DNA of 63,677 bases, filler included, from Octopus bimaculoides (lineage: Eukaryota), in NCBI RefSeq assembly GCF_001194135.2. It is 6 parts of 5 records of this genome, joined end to end, with 100 filler letters (N's around TTAATTAATTAA, not from the genome) between each part and the next. Parts side by side here need not be neighbours in the genome. Positions count along the whole stretch, not along the records: positions 59,847 to 63,677 come from NC_068981.1; 5 more parts are not named here. One strand, given 5' to 3'. The position numbers and the translations under genes were made by a program. The notes beneath the pieces were generated by a model. It ran no database searches, was not told the DNA's origin, and saw nothing but the letters and a program-made list of their open reading frames with translations. The number at the start of each line of letters is the position of its first letter. The stretch's first letter is position 1. Of this stretch, positions 61,794-63,677 are shown one piece after another.

Positions 61794-62020
61794 CGAGCTG
61801 GCAGAAACGTTAGTACGCCGAGCGAATTGCTTAGTGGTATTTCGTCTGCCGTTACGTTCTGTGTTCAAATTCCGCCGAGGTCCACTTTGCCTTTCATCCT
61901 TTCGGGGTCGATTAAATAGGTACCAGTTACGCACTGGGGTCGATCTAATCGACTAAATCCGTTTGTCTGTCCTTGTTTGTCCTCTATGTGTTTAGCCCCT
62001 TGTGGGCAATAAAGAAATAA
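61791..62020 (+). mobile_element. SINE A variant with alternative tail (A'), well preserved
   Basis: cggcgagctggcagaaacgttag...gttcaaattccgccgaggtccactttgcctttcatcctttcggggtcgat...gtttagccccttgtgggcaataaagaaata. Confidence 0.92.
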
Positions 62021-63066
62021 CACACACACATACACACACACATACACACACACACATACGCACACACACACATACACATATATATATGTGTGTGTCTGTA
62101 GTATATAATGTTTAATAAACAAATGTAGAAAGAGGAAAGGAAATTCCTGATCACAAACGTAGGCTTTGGATTTTAATCAGTCCATTTAATACAGTGACGT
62201 GGACATAAAAATGAGATTAAAAAACAAAATAAAATATAAGGGTAAAAGTTTCTGGCTACGAAAGGAAGATAACTCAAAATTATAAACATCTTCAGCATGA
62301 AGTAATAAAGTCGTAAATATTTTTGGCCTCTTATGTGATATGTAGTCGGAGAGTGAGAACTATGAAGTGTGCTTGCAACAACCCAGCATTTCAGACCTTT
62401 CATTCGGTCATAAATATTTCGACATTAAGTGAATAACTTTTCATTAAAAGATACTGTATTTGTTTCAAACGAAAGCTGTAATGCGCATAGGATTGTGCAT
62501 TACAATTAGGAACTGACCATTTTGATTTTAAGAGCTGTTAGACTTATTAAGATGGAATGTACTTGAAAGGAGTTTTCATGAATTTTTATCAATGAATAAC
62601 TATGTTGGTTAAAATGTATGTTGAAAGGATTAACGGTTAAGCTAATATTAATGTAAGTTTATGATGTACTCTTATTCCTAATTGTACCTTAGCAAGCACA
62701 GAGATAACAGTGGTGGTGGATGGATTTGCCGTGAAAAATATCGAGGGTTTTGAGGAAAATGTAATCATAGGAATGATGAGGGAACATACTATAAGGATAG
62801 AATTGATATAGTTAGAGGAATGTACAGTAATAACAGACAGGCAATGAGGAGAAAGTTTGTGGATGACAATAATACTTGTGGCGAAACAATATAGTATTAT
62901 GTCGAGATGGCACTCGTGAAGCAATGTCAAATATTACCTGGGCGGGGGTGGAACAATGTCAAATTTGTCGTTGGCGATATTTGAAGAAAGCCATAAAAGG
63001 ATTTGATTAAATTAGCCATGACAGTTTCTCTGGTGCTCTTTCGATTTGTATATACACTATCATTTA

Positions 63067-63285
63067 TAATAATCCTTTCTACGATAGGCACATGGCCTGA
63101 GATCTTGGGGGAGGGGGCTAGTTAATTATATCGATCCCTGTGATCAACTGGTACTTATTTTATCAACCCAGAAAAAATGAAAAGCAAGGTCGAACTCGGT
63201 GGCATTTGAACTCAGAACATAAGGGGGAAAGAAAGGCCGTTAGATATTTTGGCCGGCGTGCAAATATTTCTGCTAGCTCGACACC
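63067..63285 (-). mobile_element. SINE family A
   Basis: aatcctttctacgataggcac...ggtacttattttatcaacccagaaaaaatgaaaagcaaggtcgaactcgg...ctgctagctcgacacc. Confidence 0.8.
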
Positions 63286-63324
63286 TTTTTAATGATTATG
63301 ATGATGATGATAATAATGATAATA

Positions 63325-63487
63325 ATAATCTTTTCTACTAAAGGCACAAGGCCTGAAATAATGGGGGAGGGGACAAGTCAGTTACATCGACTGGTACGTA
63401 ATTTCTCGACCCTGAAAGGAATAAAGGCGAAGTGGACTTCAATTGAATTTGAACTCAAACCGTTAATGCTGTTAAACATTTTGCCTT
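63325..63487 (-). mobile_element. SINE family A, degenerate
   Basis: cttttctactaaaggcacaaggcc...ctcgaccctgaaaggaataaaggcgaagtggac...gaactcaaac. Confidence 0.7.
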
Positions 63488-63530
63488 CTTCTTCTTCTTC
63501 TTCTTCTTCTTCTTCTTCTTCTTCTTCTTC

Positions 63531-63583
<53 letters not shown>
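63487..63583 (+). repeat. (TTC)n followed by (AAT)n
   Basis: Directly visible. Confidence 0.95.
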
Positions 63584-63677
63584 TTTTACAGGATTGAGGT
63601 TACTCCTCCAGGAGGTATACAGAAGCCAAAAAATGAATAGTGCCATTGTTATCAAGTGAACAATATTTCGGCATCTA

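Overview
AT-rich eukaryotic genomic DNA, most consistent with an Octopus draft assembly. I infer this from the tRNA-headed SINE families, the very high microsatellite density and the gap style; no database search was run. About 4 kb is N. Five of the gaps are artificial 100-bp scaffold joins (N44-TTAATTAATTAA-N44), so the window is a mosaic of at least six pieces whose true adjacency is uncertain. I cannot call any intact host protein-coding gene. Almost all long ORFs in the supplied track are microsatellite or gap read-through, and the window reads as intronic or intergenic. The recognisable coding sequence is all decayed transposon: two full-length mariners with TIRs plus a third fragment, a Tc1 fragment and a Tc1-derived MITE, a Merlin (IS1595-like) transposase, a Ty3/Gypsy pol, two RTE pieces, a CR1-like 3' end, and two restriction-like-endonuclease retrotransposon ends (R4/Dong-like, sitting in (AAT)n, and HERO-like). 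About 35 SINE copies fall into several families (A-D are my own labels) that visibly swap head, core and tail modules. The best non-transposon leads are a 103-nt, 48-bp hairpin with pri-miRNA-like geometry at 29751-29853, a five-site ETS motif cluster at 10767-10974, and a roughly symmetric fold-back of triplet repeats at 48923-50257. No CRISPR array, rRNA or true tRNA gene is supported.
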